A DNA stretch of 64,000 bases from Nemertoderma westbladi (taxonomy: Eukaryota; Animalia; Xenacoelomorpha): NCBI GenBank assembly GCA_032718475.1, contig JAUCBJ010001713.1, forward strand, positions 7,891 through 71,890, written 5' to 3'. This document shows positions 51,401 through 60,802 of this stretch, piece by piece; the first letter of the stretch is position 1, and each line of letters opens with the position of its first letter. The position numbers were made by a program, and so were the translations under genes. The notes under the pieces were generated by a model. That model saw only the letters and a list, made by a program, of their open reading frames with translations. It made no database searches and was not told the origin of the DNA.

Positions 51401-54400
51401 CCAAAGTTTTTTACACTTGTAGCAGATATTCTCCTCCTCATCTGTCTGATCAGTAGGAACATCAACACAAGGGACAACAGCAACCTTGCCTTGAACTGCC
51501 TTTACTTTCTTTGTTGTAGAAGATGATAAAGTACGGCATTCCAGCTTCCCATCAGCAGTAATATCATATCTAGCCATGGTATGACCGCGTCCCTGCCTCT
51601 GGTATCAAGAAGTGGTGTCACGTGTGGCAGGGACGCGGTAATACCATGGATATGATATTACTGCTGATGGGACTGTGGGAAGCTGGAATGCCGTACTTTA
51701 TCATCTTCTACAACAAAGAAAGTAAAGGCAGTTCAAGGCAAGGTTGTTGTTGTCCCTTGTGTTGATGTTCCTACTGATCAGACAGATGAGGAGGAGAATA
51801 TCTGCTACAAGCTGACAAGTGTAAAAAACTTTGGGCCAGTGAACAAAAAAAATCAGAAGATTTGGGTGGTGTGCGATGTGTGCAATAAATATTGTCATGC
51901 ACCAGCTAGCTGCCTGCCAGTTAATTTCGATTACGATGCAGAATTTGTCTGCAATCACTGTTCATAAAGGAATTGCATGATCTACAATACTGCTATACTC
52001 AATAATTGATCTATTATCTTTTCTACCATAATAACTATATTAATTATCACTGACTTGCCTCATCATAATGAACATACTGTATTACGTTCCATTCCCTGCT
52101 GCCCTTGGCCGGGATTGGGGAATTATATAGATGAATTTCAAACAGCTTTTCTTTCTATTATGATATAATAATTAATAGTATCAGAAGGTATATAACTCAA
52201 TTGGGTATTGAAATTAGTCAACAATATGTTAAAATTATTTACCTTTGTTTGTTACACATAAAATATCTGACAAGTACCGTACAAGTACAGTACTGTACAT
52301 ACTGTCATTTTACTATATTGAACTGTTCTACAGTATGTGCTATGTAAAACTAGATCTCGAAAACTAAAATAATGTAGAATCTCAATAAATATTATCAGAA
52401 TGTGGATGTGAAGTGAAGGCTGCACACTGAAGTTTGAGCTTTCAGTTTGATCAGTAGGCCCTACCTATTACTTAATTAATTAAATACAGTAGTAACTACA
52501 CATACTATATACACTATTATATATTATTTACCAGTTCCTTATTTTAGTGTTTAATATGTAAATTGTTTAATATTGTTAATCTGTTAATCTGGAAAAAAAT
52601 ATCAATCAATCAATTAATCAACCTTGACTGCAACCAAGGTACTGTACTCCAATACTGAAACAATTTTGTTGAAATGGTTAAAAGGTTTTCGTGTAGCATG
52701 TGGGATACTGAAACAATCGGTTTGAAACGTTTAAGGTCTTTCGCGCAATACATTAGATACTCATTAACTCAAAACCACCTGTCTGACTTTTGAAACATTT
52801 AGTCTAAGGTCTTCGCGCAGCTCGTTAGATAATGTAAAAATCTGTTGAAACTGTTCAGGTGCCTTCTTGCAGGATGTGGCGTGGGATAGACTGGGATACT
52901 GAAACAATCTGTTGAAACGTTTAAGGTCTTCGCGCAGCACAATAGATAATGTAACAATCGGCTTTAAATGAATTGTTTTATTGCAATTCGTCAGTTTTAC
53001 CGAGACTTTGTGCATTTTGTTATGAGGTACCAGAGGCGTTTAGTAAAACAAATAAGAAAAATTTTCAGTATATACTTTTCCAGTTCCAAATTCTTTGCTA
53101 TATTATAACTTTGGGTTACTCATATGTATACTTTATAAATTTACAATATTTATGTAATGATATCGTGCTATCGTATTATGTGGACAAATAATAGATTTAC
53201 GTTACGATTATTATTGGTATTATTATTATCCATATCGTGTTATGGTATTACAGTATGTTATTGTTATTGTGCTCCGGAGTTTTTGTGTTGTTTATTATTA
53301 TTCGTCAATAAATTATTATATATCTATCTAACAATCTGTTGAAACTGCTCAGGTGCTTTCGTGCGGCATGTGGGATAGATTGGTATACTGAAACAATATG
53401 TTGAAACGTTTAAGAGACCTTTGCGCAGTACGTGATATACTGAAACGATTTGTTGAAATGTTTAAAAGGTTTTCGCGCCCTAATTCCGCATTCTGTGATT
53501 TCTTTAGTAACAAAGCCATAATTATATTTGTTTTAAACTGTATCTGTGTGTTGTATAGTTTATGTCATTAAATTCCAAACTCTACAGTAGGGAGAATCAC
53601 ACTGCCGGATCGGTCCGTTTAAACTCCCAAATCACAACTAAATCACACAAATTAACACACATAAAATCACACAAAATCACACATAAATTATAATTATTGG
53701 TCTTGGCTGCTACCTTTTACAGTAGGCCTACTGTATCTGATCTGCACTCGGATTGGTGAGATCGCCTGGAGGTCACCAGTTCAACGTCAATGCAAAACGA
53801 AAAAAAAATTATAATGGCAGTAGAAATTGGAGAGTAATACTCTTGTACTGGACTAATAGGCTACATTCATTATGTATAATCACTGTACTGCCAACCTGTA
53901 TACGGTGTGATGGCAAGGGAATTTGCATTGACTCTGACACACGTTGTTTTGTGTCGATCCATCTCGGTCATTCATGCGTGCGAGTACGCACACGGAGGTC
54001 TCAAAGGCGGTGCAGCGCCGACCAGCTTCGGGTCCAAGGCCGTACACAGAAGGAACGCAACCGCAGGCGTCTAGCGTTGTATTAGCGATGCATTCCAGAA
54101 CGCAAGCCTGCCATGAGTACGGCGTATTGTATGTGAACCGCAGAGGGTTGTTGTAATCATTTATACATGGGGTATGTTCAGTATTCACTGATTTGTGTTC
54201 TTGGAGCTGCAATAAAATTATTATAAAGAAATATTAAAATTACGTAATCCATTATTACGTCATGACCCCGTAATATTGTGTCATTTTCTGATGACACGGA
54301 CACCTGTACAAGGCTGAGATAACTCCCTCTTGAAATGACTCCCCATTCATCTCAGCCTAGGCTGAGAATACTCCTCAGTCGTCTCAGCCTAGGCTGAGAA

Positions 54401-57400
54401 CACTCCCCAGTTATCTCACCCTAGGCTGAGAATACTCCTCAGTCGTCTCAGCCTAGGCTGAGAACACTCGCCAGTTATCTCAGCCTAGGCTGAGAACACT
54501 CCCCTTAGGCTGAGATGACTCCCCTTAGGCTGAGATGACTCCCCTTAGGCTGAGATGACTCCCCTAATTGAGTTATAATTCATATCCGTACCTGTGTTAT
54601 TTTCGTATATTGCAAAAAAAATACTATAACTTATGTTATTGAGATTAATCCTTTAAACTTTTTATAAGCGTTTTAAAAAAATATATTTTGAGAAATAACA
54701 CATTCACTATCGTGGCCATTCTCCACATTACAGTAGTCCTAATATTTCATAATTTCACATCATTCGAAAGCTTTTGTTGCAAGGATTCCAATTGCACCAA
54801 TTTCAGGTGCGTTTATTGCGTACATGCGTTTATTTCACCCAATACAATAAAATTATAACTGAACAATAATACAGTATATGGCGAATTACCTCTAAACTTA
54901 TGAATGAAGCTTTTTTATTTGTAACTAGAGTTGAGTCTTGTAGGCCGAAGACGCCCCTTGGGAATTGGTTTCCTTGGTGAATGACAACCAACAACGATGG
55001 GCCGAACAGATGACCAATAAACGTAGCCGTAATAGGGGTCGGCGAGAACTCATCTGTTTCCAAGTCTAATATTATACTGTAGATAAATTGGAGTGGCAAT
55101 TTGTAAAGTAAATCATAGGCCTACTGTACTTGTATCGGTAGGGACAATAGAGTATGGATACATAGCCCATATTATTATCTTTGCAATCTATAATGTTTAA
55201 AAATGGTAAAAAAGTATTTGGAGATTAAACCATGAAAATATACTACTTTATTAATCTCTAACGGTTTGAAGTGTCTGAACAATAGTAATAATCCATGGAA
55301 TCATATTTTATCAACTTGAAAGGGTCTACTGTATCACTTACCTGAGACCTGTAAATGGACCAGCTGTAGTCACTAGTTTGCCAGGTAGTGTGTAACAATT
55401 ACCCGTAAAAGTTACGTGTTTGGTAAAGTTACTGGGGTAGCACTTTTTGTTTTCGAAAGAACAATCAACTAGGTTATTTTCAGTTAATTGATGACCACCT
55501 GAAAGGCAAAGATAATAAACATTTTGATACTAGGTTTTCATACATACGTACATACTGTACAGTACGGTAGGTCAAATTTGACAGTGTAGATTATACTGTA
55601 ATTGATCGTAATCTGTTTATAACTCGTATTGTTGATATCTTTTTTTAGATGTTTATTGCGAATTCTGTTTCACATGGTAGGCCTACTATATATATGTAGT
55701 TTAAGATGTTCATTTATTTTCGGCCACACCTATTGACTCAATTACTACAGTATATAACAACTGCAGATACGTAGACATTGTAGGGTTGGTACAACTTACC
55801 TTCCTTTATGATGTCCATTAAAGGGTCGTTGTTGTGTCGAAACTCTTCTGGAAGAAAAGCTTCAATATCTTCTTTTGTAGCTGAACTCTGCATAATCTTA
55901 CGAATATTTTCATTAGCTTCTTTGCCAAACGATTCTAGGAACGATTTTCTGAGGATATTGTTTACGCATATCGAAACACTCGGGAACAATAAACCCGTTT
56001 CGTTTACCTATAAAATAAATTAGATTTGTTTATAGAATCCTCTACATCGTTTTAGGTTCTCAAAGTTCTCAAAGCTGTTTGTACCGGGTTCTCATACGGC
56101 CTATCATTATTTATACCTCTATCGTTTATATGGCAAATTCTATTTAATTTATACCGGTGTAATCGGGGGTATCTTCGGGGAAAAACAGGACTGCAGTGCA
56201 ACAGTAGAAAAACTGTTTTTTAGCTTTGAGAAGCCAGTCTTATAAGTAGCTGAAGTGGCTTAGTGTAATGACTAAATCCGTTGTCTTGAATTCATTTATC
56301 TCCGGTGCGGTGGTCGTGGGTTCGAGCCGCATGGAGGACTGGGAAGGTGTTGTTTCGGCACGAATGCTTTTTAAAAAGACTAGCTAGCAGCATCTCCCTG
56401 AATTGAATTGGTATCGAAATAAGTTCCACTTTCCTCTGGTGAGTATAGTACTTTTTGGTTGAATGGGAGTTGAAATTATGGTTGAGCCAAACTATGAAAC
56501 ATTAAAACATTCATTATAATAATATTAAGATTCACTTATTGTTAGTTTCAATTTAATTGGATGGATCGGGTTGTATAAGTATGTCATGATACGTCATTTG
56601 ATGATGTGTATACATATGCTGCATGGTAACATTGCACAAACCTAAGCGCTAATTAAAAATAAGACAACTGGGCAGTTGTAAATTAAGTCTCTAGCGAATA
56701 TAATTTGGTTTGACTTAGGTCACCCAGTTGTGTACGTGATATTTTTTATTATACAATTTGATTTGAATTGCAATAAAATAAAACATAAAATAATACATCC
56801 AAGGATATATGTAAATTTTAATAATAAACACGGAATGTTTGCAACCGGATGTTAAAAGGGGAAAAGCCACCACCAATTTGGACTAAAGGTCAACTAAATC
56901 CTCTCCCCATGAAAGGAGACCTCGGCATACCAACAAACTATCGTGGGATCTGTCTGCTTGTGGTAGCTGCCAAAATATACAATATGATTCTATATAGGAT
57001 TAGGGCTGACATAGAGATACTACTGCGTAAGAACCAAAACGGATTTCGACCATGTAGATCAACAATAGCTCAGATACTTGCACTACGGAGACTGATTGTA
57101 GGAATTAAGTCAAAGAATCTCCCCGCAGTCATGACTTTTGTGGACTTCAAGAAGGCATTCGACTCCATCCATAGAGGTAAAATCCTTGAAATCCTAAGAG
57201 CTTATGGAATACCAGAAGTAATTGTTGCTGGCATTGGATTGTTATATTGTGACACAGAAGCGCAGGTACTCTCACCAGATGGTGAAACTGAGTTTTTCTC
57301 AATCCTGGCTGGCGTACTGCAAGGTGACACATTTGCACCATTACTATTTGTAATTGTGCTGGATTACGCAATGAGGACGGCCACAAAGGGTGAAGATCTG

Positions 57401-60400
57401 GGATTAACACTTGAAGAACGCAGAAGTAGTAGATATCCGGCAACTACAGTCACAGACACCGACTTTGCGGATGACATCGCCCTGCTCTCTAATACGCTAG
57501 CAGATGCACAGCTTCTAGTAAATAAAGCGGAGAGGGCTGCTAAGGAGGTTGGATTGCATATAAATGCTACCAAGACCGAATTCATGACCTTTAATGTTGA
57601 TGGAAACTTGACAACCATTGATAATAATCAACTAAGGAAGGTCGATGACTTCCAGTACCTTGGATCATGGATAGAGAGTAGCAAAAAGGACATAGAAGTT
57701 AGGAAAGCAAAGGCTTGGACAGCTCTATCAAAAATGGATACCATCTGGAAATCAGATCTCTCCAGGCACCTGAAGACTAAGTTCTTTCGAGCCACAGTGG
57801 AAAGTGTATTTTTATACGGGGGTGAGACCTGGACACTGACTAAATCACTTGAACAACGAATTGATGGTTGCTACACAAGACTACTAAGGGCAGCCATAAA
57901 CATCAGCTGGAGACAACACATGACAAATGCCGAGCTTTATGGTACAATACCACCTGTATCAACCACCCTCCGTGAACGCAGATTAAGATTCAGTGGCACT
58001 GCTGGCGAAGTAAAGACGAGGTCATACCAGATCTACTTCTCTGGCAACCAATTCATGGAAAGCGTAGTCGTGGACGACCGGCCATAACATATATAGATCA
58101 ACTTGAAAGGGATACTGAACTTGGGAGAAACGAAATTGCGACAACTATGGAGAATCGGGAAGCCTGGAAGGATCTCATTTCCACTGTCTGAGTTCGCTCG
58201 ACCTAGTAGTAGTAGTAAGTATGTCATGATACGTCATTTGATGATGTGTATAAATATGCTGCATGGAAACATTGCACAAACCAAAGCGCTAATTAAAAAT
58301 AAGACAACTGGGAGTTGTAAATTAAGTCTCTAGCGAATCTAATTTAGTTTGACTTAGGTCACCCAGTTGTGTACGTGATATTTTTTATTATACTATTTGA
58401 TTTGAATTGCAATAAAATAAAACATAAAATAATACATCCAAGGATATATGTAAATTTTAATAATAAACACGGTTCAATGCTTCCAATTCCCTCCCTGTAA
58501 CCACTGTAGGGTAGGCTGGCATTATGTAGTTAGTTACTCACTTTCATTGATAACTTTGTGCTTGTTTCCTGAGCGTCGTGTTTTTCTATTACGTCATGGA
58601 CGTGTTTAAATGTAAACGCCAGACCAAATAAAATTAATAGCATCCACATCGCTCTATAATGAGTAAATAATGTATTTATTAGTAAAATTACAATTTTTAT
58701 AAATTGGTTTGCTTACATTGTCCAGTACTGCATAGGATCAACATACATATCATACAATGCTCACTTAACAAAGGAAGCATTTTACAATTTCGGTAGTGAC
58801 CGTAAATTCCAAAACCCAGCACCACCATGCTGGCGCAACGTATGAGACTGTGCATAATCCTGTTATATTGCAGTCGAGTGGTAGAGGAGACTAGGTTAGA
58901 GTTAGCCATTCACATTGTCACTAATGTTTACTGGAAGATACTAGAGTTGTTGTAGAAGCGGGTGGAATGTATCCTTTGTTGAGTATTCCGACATATTTAT
59001 TTGATATATCGGATACATGTGTATGTATGTATCATGCAACTACTGTATGCACATATACATGCATATATCTGTAAGATTTTTCATGTTAAATTGCACAGGT
59101 ATAATCATATTCTACGTATGTCGATGGTGGGTAATATCATTGAGGCACAGTGGTAAAAAAATTTTTGGTCTATTCCCCTATGCCTGTGGCGAACCACTTA
59201 TACTTTTTTTTTCAAACTTTGATGATTCCCTATCCACTTATACTTTTTTCAAAAGTTTGTTGATTCAACAGTATGTCCATGGCAAACCACTCCTATTCAA
59301 AGTTTGTTGATTCCTCAATCTGTCTGTGCCCTCTTATTAAACCTAATTATTTGAAAGTTTATTTATTAACGTAATAGTTAGTAGTAATAACAATACTTGA
59401 TTAGCATACATTGCACTGTAATATTGCATTTAATTACCTAATTAAGTAATTAACTAAAACTGCTAATTAACTATGTATTAATAAATGCCACAAACTGCAA
59501 ATTGATTTATTATTGTACAAAATGCCACAATTCCTAAAAATATGCACTGTAATATAATAATTGCTTAATATAAATTTGACTTAAAATAACGTACTAAAAA
59601 ATGATTTTAATTTCAATTATACCGGTAATTGATTTTAATTATTGATTACATGAATAATACTTCAGTATAAAGTAGCCTAATTCACAACTTATATTGTAAG
59701 TTAGGCCTATGCTATATTATTTAACAAGTACGAAATTAACTAAAAATTATAATTAATACATGCAACAAGTATGGGCCACAATTCCAATCCAACTAAACCT
59801 AAGAGAACAATTGCAATTTTACTTTCTTGTTCGCGTCACCCCGCTTCATTGCCATCGAGCAACGACAACAAGTTGGGGGTGTTTCCAGACCGAGACCGTT
59901 TCTTATCCACCACAGAAAGACGGCTACAGCCTGCAGATGACACCCGCCAAATCTCTGCTAATCGTAAATCGTTCCGGCACTTAAACTGGCATTCTTCCTC
60001 TCATCCCCCAGTGCCGCCGGTACAATTGAACATCGCTATTTTAACCCCATAATTACAAATGTTTTTGTTCTATGAAGTTACACATAGGTCAGAGAGTGTC
60101 TGTAGGAAATTTGTGACAATTTGGTCCAAAAATGGCCTCTGGGGAAAGTTGTTTGTCACTGTGCCTCGAATGTGATAGAACCCGATGGTGTTACAGTATA
60201 CTATATCTTTGCTATCAAATTCGAAATCCTCTATCTTTTCAAGATATTTCTCTAGTCTTAAGTTACTCTGGTAGAGAAATGAGTAGGTTAGAGGGCGAGA
60301 TATACATGCAGATCACGATAAATATCCAATATTTGTTTGAACACGTTTGACTCCACTATAACCAGCCCAACCAAGGAAGTGATCATGGGAATAACAGTAC

Positions 60401-60802
60401 TTACAAAGACAGAGCAGATAACAATAATTGGAAAATATACCCGATGTGTTTTTGAAAAACTTACTAACGGAACCAACTATAACAGCTAGGGGCTAGGCGT
60501 ACTACTGCGTTTACTAAAACAAACCAACAAATAATGTTTTCGCAAATTAATTGTATCCTACGCTACTCAACATATGGCGTATTCAGGAACCGAAATCCAA
60601 TATGCCTTATGAATTAATTAAGCTTTACTAGCCTTTGAATCGGATGATTGGTTTTATTAGCTACAGGTTCTACACCATGTAATGTTGTAGACTGAACCCA
60701 TTCTTCAACCATTCCCACACACCGTCCCATGTATCCATCAGCATCGACATCTTTTTTTGAAGTTTTTCCAGTATTTTCTTTCCTGTCTTTCATATATTTC
60801 AT
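27200..60802 (-). CDS. DEG/ENaC (ASIC-superfamily) amiloride-sensitive channel, 8 coding exons, 504 aa
   Basis: Exons 60802-60633, 58653-58542, 56007-55800, 55498-55342, 55076-54890, 54206-53896, 30765-30623 and 27426-27200 sum to 1515 nt with all phases compatible. Motifs: STTLHG, TM1 (AMWMLLILFGLAF), FPSVSIC, GHQL..C.F..C..NF..GNCYT, Cys-rich thumb, IGGTMGLFLGAS. Confidence 0.88.
27633..28178 (-). pseudogene. Possible pogo/DDE_1-type transposase C-terminal remnant
   Basis: ...GRLHDEIANVFAP..RERTGRRVPAARRLTS resembles the basic post-DDE region of invertebrate pogo-like transposases; weak. Confidence 0.3.
28661..28982. repeat. ~29-30-bp tandem repeat, about 11 units, core TAATTACGACGGTCGAT
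   Basis: Core alternates with CTGGTTCCAG(T/A)ATT and AATGTCAACAT linkers, forming a ~59-bp dimer. Confidence 0.9.
29420..30421. mobile_element. Foldback MITE with ~400-bp imperfect inverted arms
   Basis: ATAGGGTTGGTGCGCG...GTAAAAACAC versus GTGTTTTTAC...CGCGCACCAACCCTAT; inner palindrome at 29871-29985. Confidence 0.85.
30623..30765 (-). CDS. DEG/ENaC exon 7
   Basis: catcag|G KNINNFDF...SNIVLLNIFMESINYQSIQEHLLF G|gtaaga; phase 2 in, phase 1 out. Confidence 0.85.
31554..32007. mobile_element. Mutator-like (MULE) MITE
   Basis: ~120-bp TIRs starting GGA..GACCGAACGTAATCAGG; 10-bp TSD CGCTATGTAC at 31544-31553 and 32008-32017. Confidence 0.85.
32241..33395 (-). CDS. Intronless SEL1-like repeat plus C-terminal MYND zinc-finger protein (~384 aa from the first ATG)
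   Basis: Uninterrupted ORF. SEL1-like ANYALAEIYFG and TYSMLAIMYLTGNGCPVSYRKSMFYMLRA; MYND CELC...CSNC...YCNRQCQTKAWSYHKYLC. In-frame stop lies just upstream of the track's GTG start. Confidence 0.75.
   Translation of the reverse strand: MSETTEDDSTYLTQINFNPDQAGHQSLISAAQANKDGDLEATHRHLKQGAKVGHPVAMAARASWLMADTDTNEDNCIYGKDTVSLIQESAAGGVGIANYALAEIYFGLRETTDNIINTDSIKAFHLCRVAITDPLVDVWRDGRTYSMLAIMYLTGNGCPVSYRKSMFYMLRAWDYGLSVGGWPTDARAMKALREAFTAEVHDDLREKDARWRLLAANWYQNTNDKPRKVADWLVLFQRFGLDIKPEVLNSCESQADTQEDNKSQVMGINSDQEEYKVSETDCVYKLAEELGKNFKKPLEETASTFAEFVRVVKSSGNLQFSDFNLLTNYQSLSTDFESRNAICELCKRKGVKECCSNCKEPYCNRQCQTKAWSYHKYLCKTKKV
33891..36130 (-). mobile_element. 5'-truncated RTE-clade LINE, inactivated
   Basis: RT motifs FRGISL, QNGFRKGR, DFFKAFDSV, GVLQGDTLAPFLF, FADD, YLGS; 3' CTAGTAGTA tail; 40-bp tandem duplication at 35301-35380 frameshifts the ORF. 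Confidence 0.92.
37513..38148 (-). mobile_element. Non-autonomous Helitron
   Basis: Minus strand A|TCTATAATTC... to the perfect hairpin CCAGGCGCGC-GTAA-GCGCGCCTGG, then TTTGCTAG|T. Confidence 0.75.
38502..39305 (-). mobile_element. Internally deleted hAT transposon
   Basis: 16-bp TIR CAGGG(A/G)CG(G/T)ATTAAGG; 8-bp TSD AGTTTGGC/AGTTTGGG. Minus-strand remnant RNFSKL...LRSVMS*TRINMLAVMSME...DFASRKARK matches the hAT C-terminal dimerisation domain. Confidence 0.88.
40010..40210. mobile_element. Small MITE-like inverted repeat
   Basis: TCCCCCTAGTGATTGGCTGAAA versus TTTCAGCCATTCGCTAGGGGGA. Confidence 0.5.
42495..44402. repeat. 46-bp minisatellite, about 41 copies
   Basis: Unit GACAGTGGTTGAGTTGTGTGGTTAACTGAGGA(T/A)GGAAGTGTCAGGG. 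Confidence 0.95.
44423..44469 (+). ncRNA. Hammerhead-ribozyme-like core, probably a relic
   Basis: CUGAAGA, helix II GGCUU/AGGUC, GAAA, helix III CGGUACC/GGUACCG, GUU triplet; helix I does not form. Confidence 0.45.
44843..46184. mobile_element. Non-autonomous hAT-type element
   Basis: 15-bp TIR TAGTGTTGAGAACTG / CAGTTCTCAACACTA; perfect 8-bp TSD GTAGATAG (44835-42 and 46185-92); subterminal AACTG(T/A) hexamer arrays. Confidence 0.88.
46226..47329 (-). CDS. Secreted C1q/TNF-related protein of the erythroferrone (FAM132B)/adipolin (C1QTNF12) family, intronless CDS, 367 aa
   Basis: Hydrophobic leader, DPESSWFTFVR motif, basic cluster, short collagen GPVGPQGPAGPPGPKG, MLKQFKEIV helix, and C-terminal RDHVRVVMCVNSSC...FTINLNGVLQL..G..LSMYIDN...SGS..MLIMLGI, all recalled family hallmarks. 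Confidence 0.85.
   Translation of the reverse strand: MSAFIVLHISIIGGGFVFPISGLIQKRAVFLLLLVFTCVSGPTPDVDSPRSVEISDSSHEEHILSVADKVNNAILRNDHETNVAADFQGTDENLDPESSWFTFVRHDATTRNGNSRRRNGGKQGRKKSKGGGRGGGRNTLHVPGPVGPQGPAGPPGPKGGAVTVDDMLKQFKEIVADAAERRATHLLNEHCPTCDLEVMHSSPQLFVWEDSMPHRISTGFHVQLHNSRIVDRKSVMEVRNYQMSLGGGTFLRGTSMDLESGRFTSPRTAFYQITALIHVRKRNASHYKARDHVRVVMCVNSSCEGENTASLQNIAGVSTNSAVFTINLNGVLQLLKGDVLSMYIDNKTKTRIKVLSGSSLMLIMLGI
48678..49573. mobile_element. Foldback/MITE-like inverted repeat pair
   Basis: TATGGCATTGGACATTA..TAAGAAGAAATAAAATAATACGG (48678-48760) inverted at ~49470-49573. Confidence 0.6.
49658..50197. mobile_element. Inverted-repeat element whose spacer contains the twister ribozyme
   Basis: GTACAATAAAGTGCAAAAATAGTACAAAAGAG...CAAAACGTGTAT..GTGTAGT (49658-49746) inverted at 50092-50197. 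Confidence 0.65.
49877..49955 (+). ncRNA. Twister self-cleaving ribozyme (type P1)
   Basis: P1 UGAGUUU/GAACUCA; UAA cleavage loop; P2 UGCA/UGCA; GC (T2); P3 UUUUGUGUU/AACACAAAA; P4 CGG-UCCCAAGC-CCG; GA-GGGA pairing with UCCC (T1). Confidence 0.85.
50985..52275. repeat. ~1.3-kb palindrome (arms ~610-650 bp, 28-nt spacer 51598-51625) containing mirrored PHD-finger remnants
   Basis: Arms align end to end. The right arm reads ICYK..KKLWASE..WVVCDVCNKYCHA..SCLP...FVCNHC with frameshifts. Confidence 0.9.
53896..54206 (-). CDS. DEG/ENaC exon 6 (Cys-rich thumb)
   Basis: ttgcag|LQEHK...YSWQACVLECIANTTLDACGCVP...CQSQCKFPCHHTVY AG|gttggc. Confidence 0.9.
54350..54565. repeat. 32-bp tandem repeat built on the 18-bp palindrome TCTCAGCCTAGGCTGAGA, followed by 20-bp units
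   Basis: Palindrome at 54350, 54382, 54414 (one mismatch), 54446 and 54478. Confidence 0.85.
54890..55076 (-). CDS. DEG/ENaC exon 5
   Basis: tacag|T IILDLETDEF...LLVVIHQGNQFP...FISLE|gtaatt. Confidence 0.85.
55342..55498 (-). CDS. DEG/ENaC exon 4
   Basis: tttcag|GT GHQLTENNLVDCSFENKKCYPSNFTKHVTFTGNCYTLPGKLVTTAGPFTGL AG|gtaagt. Confidence 0.9.
55800..56007 (-). CDS. DEG/ENaC exon 3
   Basis: ttatag|VNETGLLFPSVSICVNNILRKS...DIIKE G|gtaagt. Confidence 0.9.
56248..56345 (+). mobile_element. Possible tRNA-derived SINE head
   Basis: A-box-like TGGCTTAGTG (~56256) and B-box GGTTCGAGCC (~56319); no complete cloverleaf. Confidence 0.35.
56834..58215 (+). mobile_element. 5'-truncated RTE-clade LINE with a ~258-bp target-site duplication
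   Basis: NYRGICL, QNGFRP, DFKKAFDS, GVLQGDTFAP, FADD, YLGS; (TAG)n tail; flanking direct repeats at 56576-56833 and 58216-58472; 1-nt deletion at RRLRFSG(HC). Confidence 0.93.
58542..58653 (-). CDS. DEG/ENaC exon 2 (TM1)
   Basis: attatag|A AMWMLLILFGLAFTFKHVHDVIEKHDAQETSTKLSMK|gtgagt. Confidence 0.88.
60633..60802 (-). CDS. DEG/ENaC first coding exon (HG motif)
   Basis: ttttcag|aaaaATG...EEWVQSTTLHGVEPVANKTNHPIQ AG|gctagt; the acceptor upstream of the ATG suggests a 5'-UTR exon further upstream. Confidence 0.82.

Noticed and set aside
59146-59330. CACAGTG heptamer as a RAG/Transib RSS-like terminus
   Set aside because: No matching inverted end or convincing nonamer found in the window
60288-60476. 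Hydrophobic ORF as an alternative TM1 exon
   Set aside because: No DEG/ENaC motifs or compatible splice sites; exon 2 at 58653-58542 already supplies TM1
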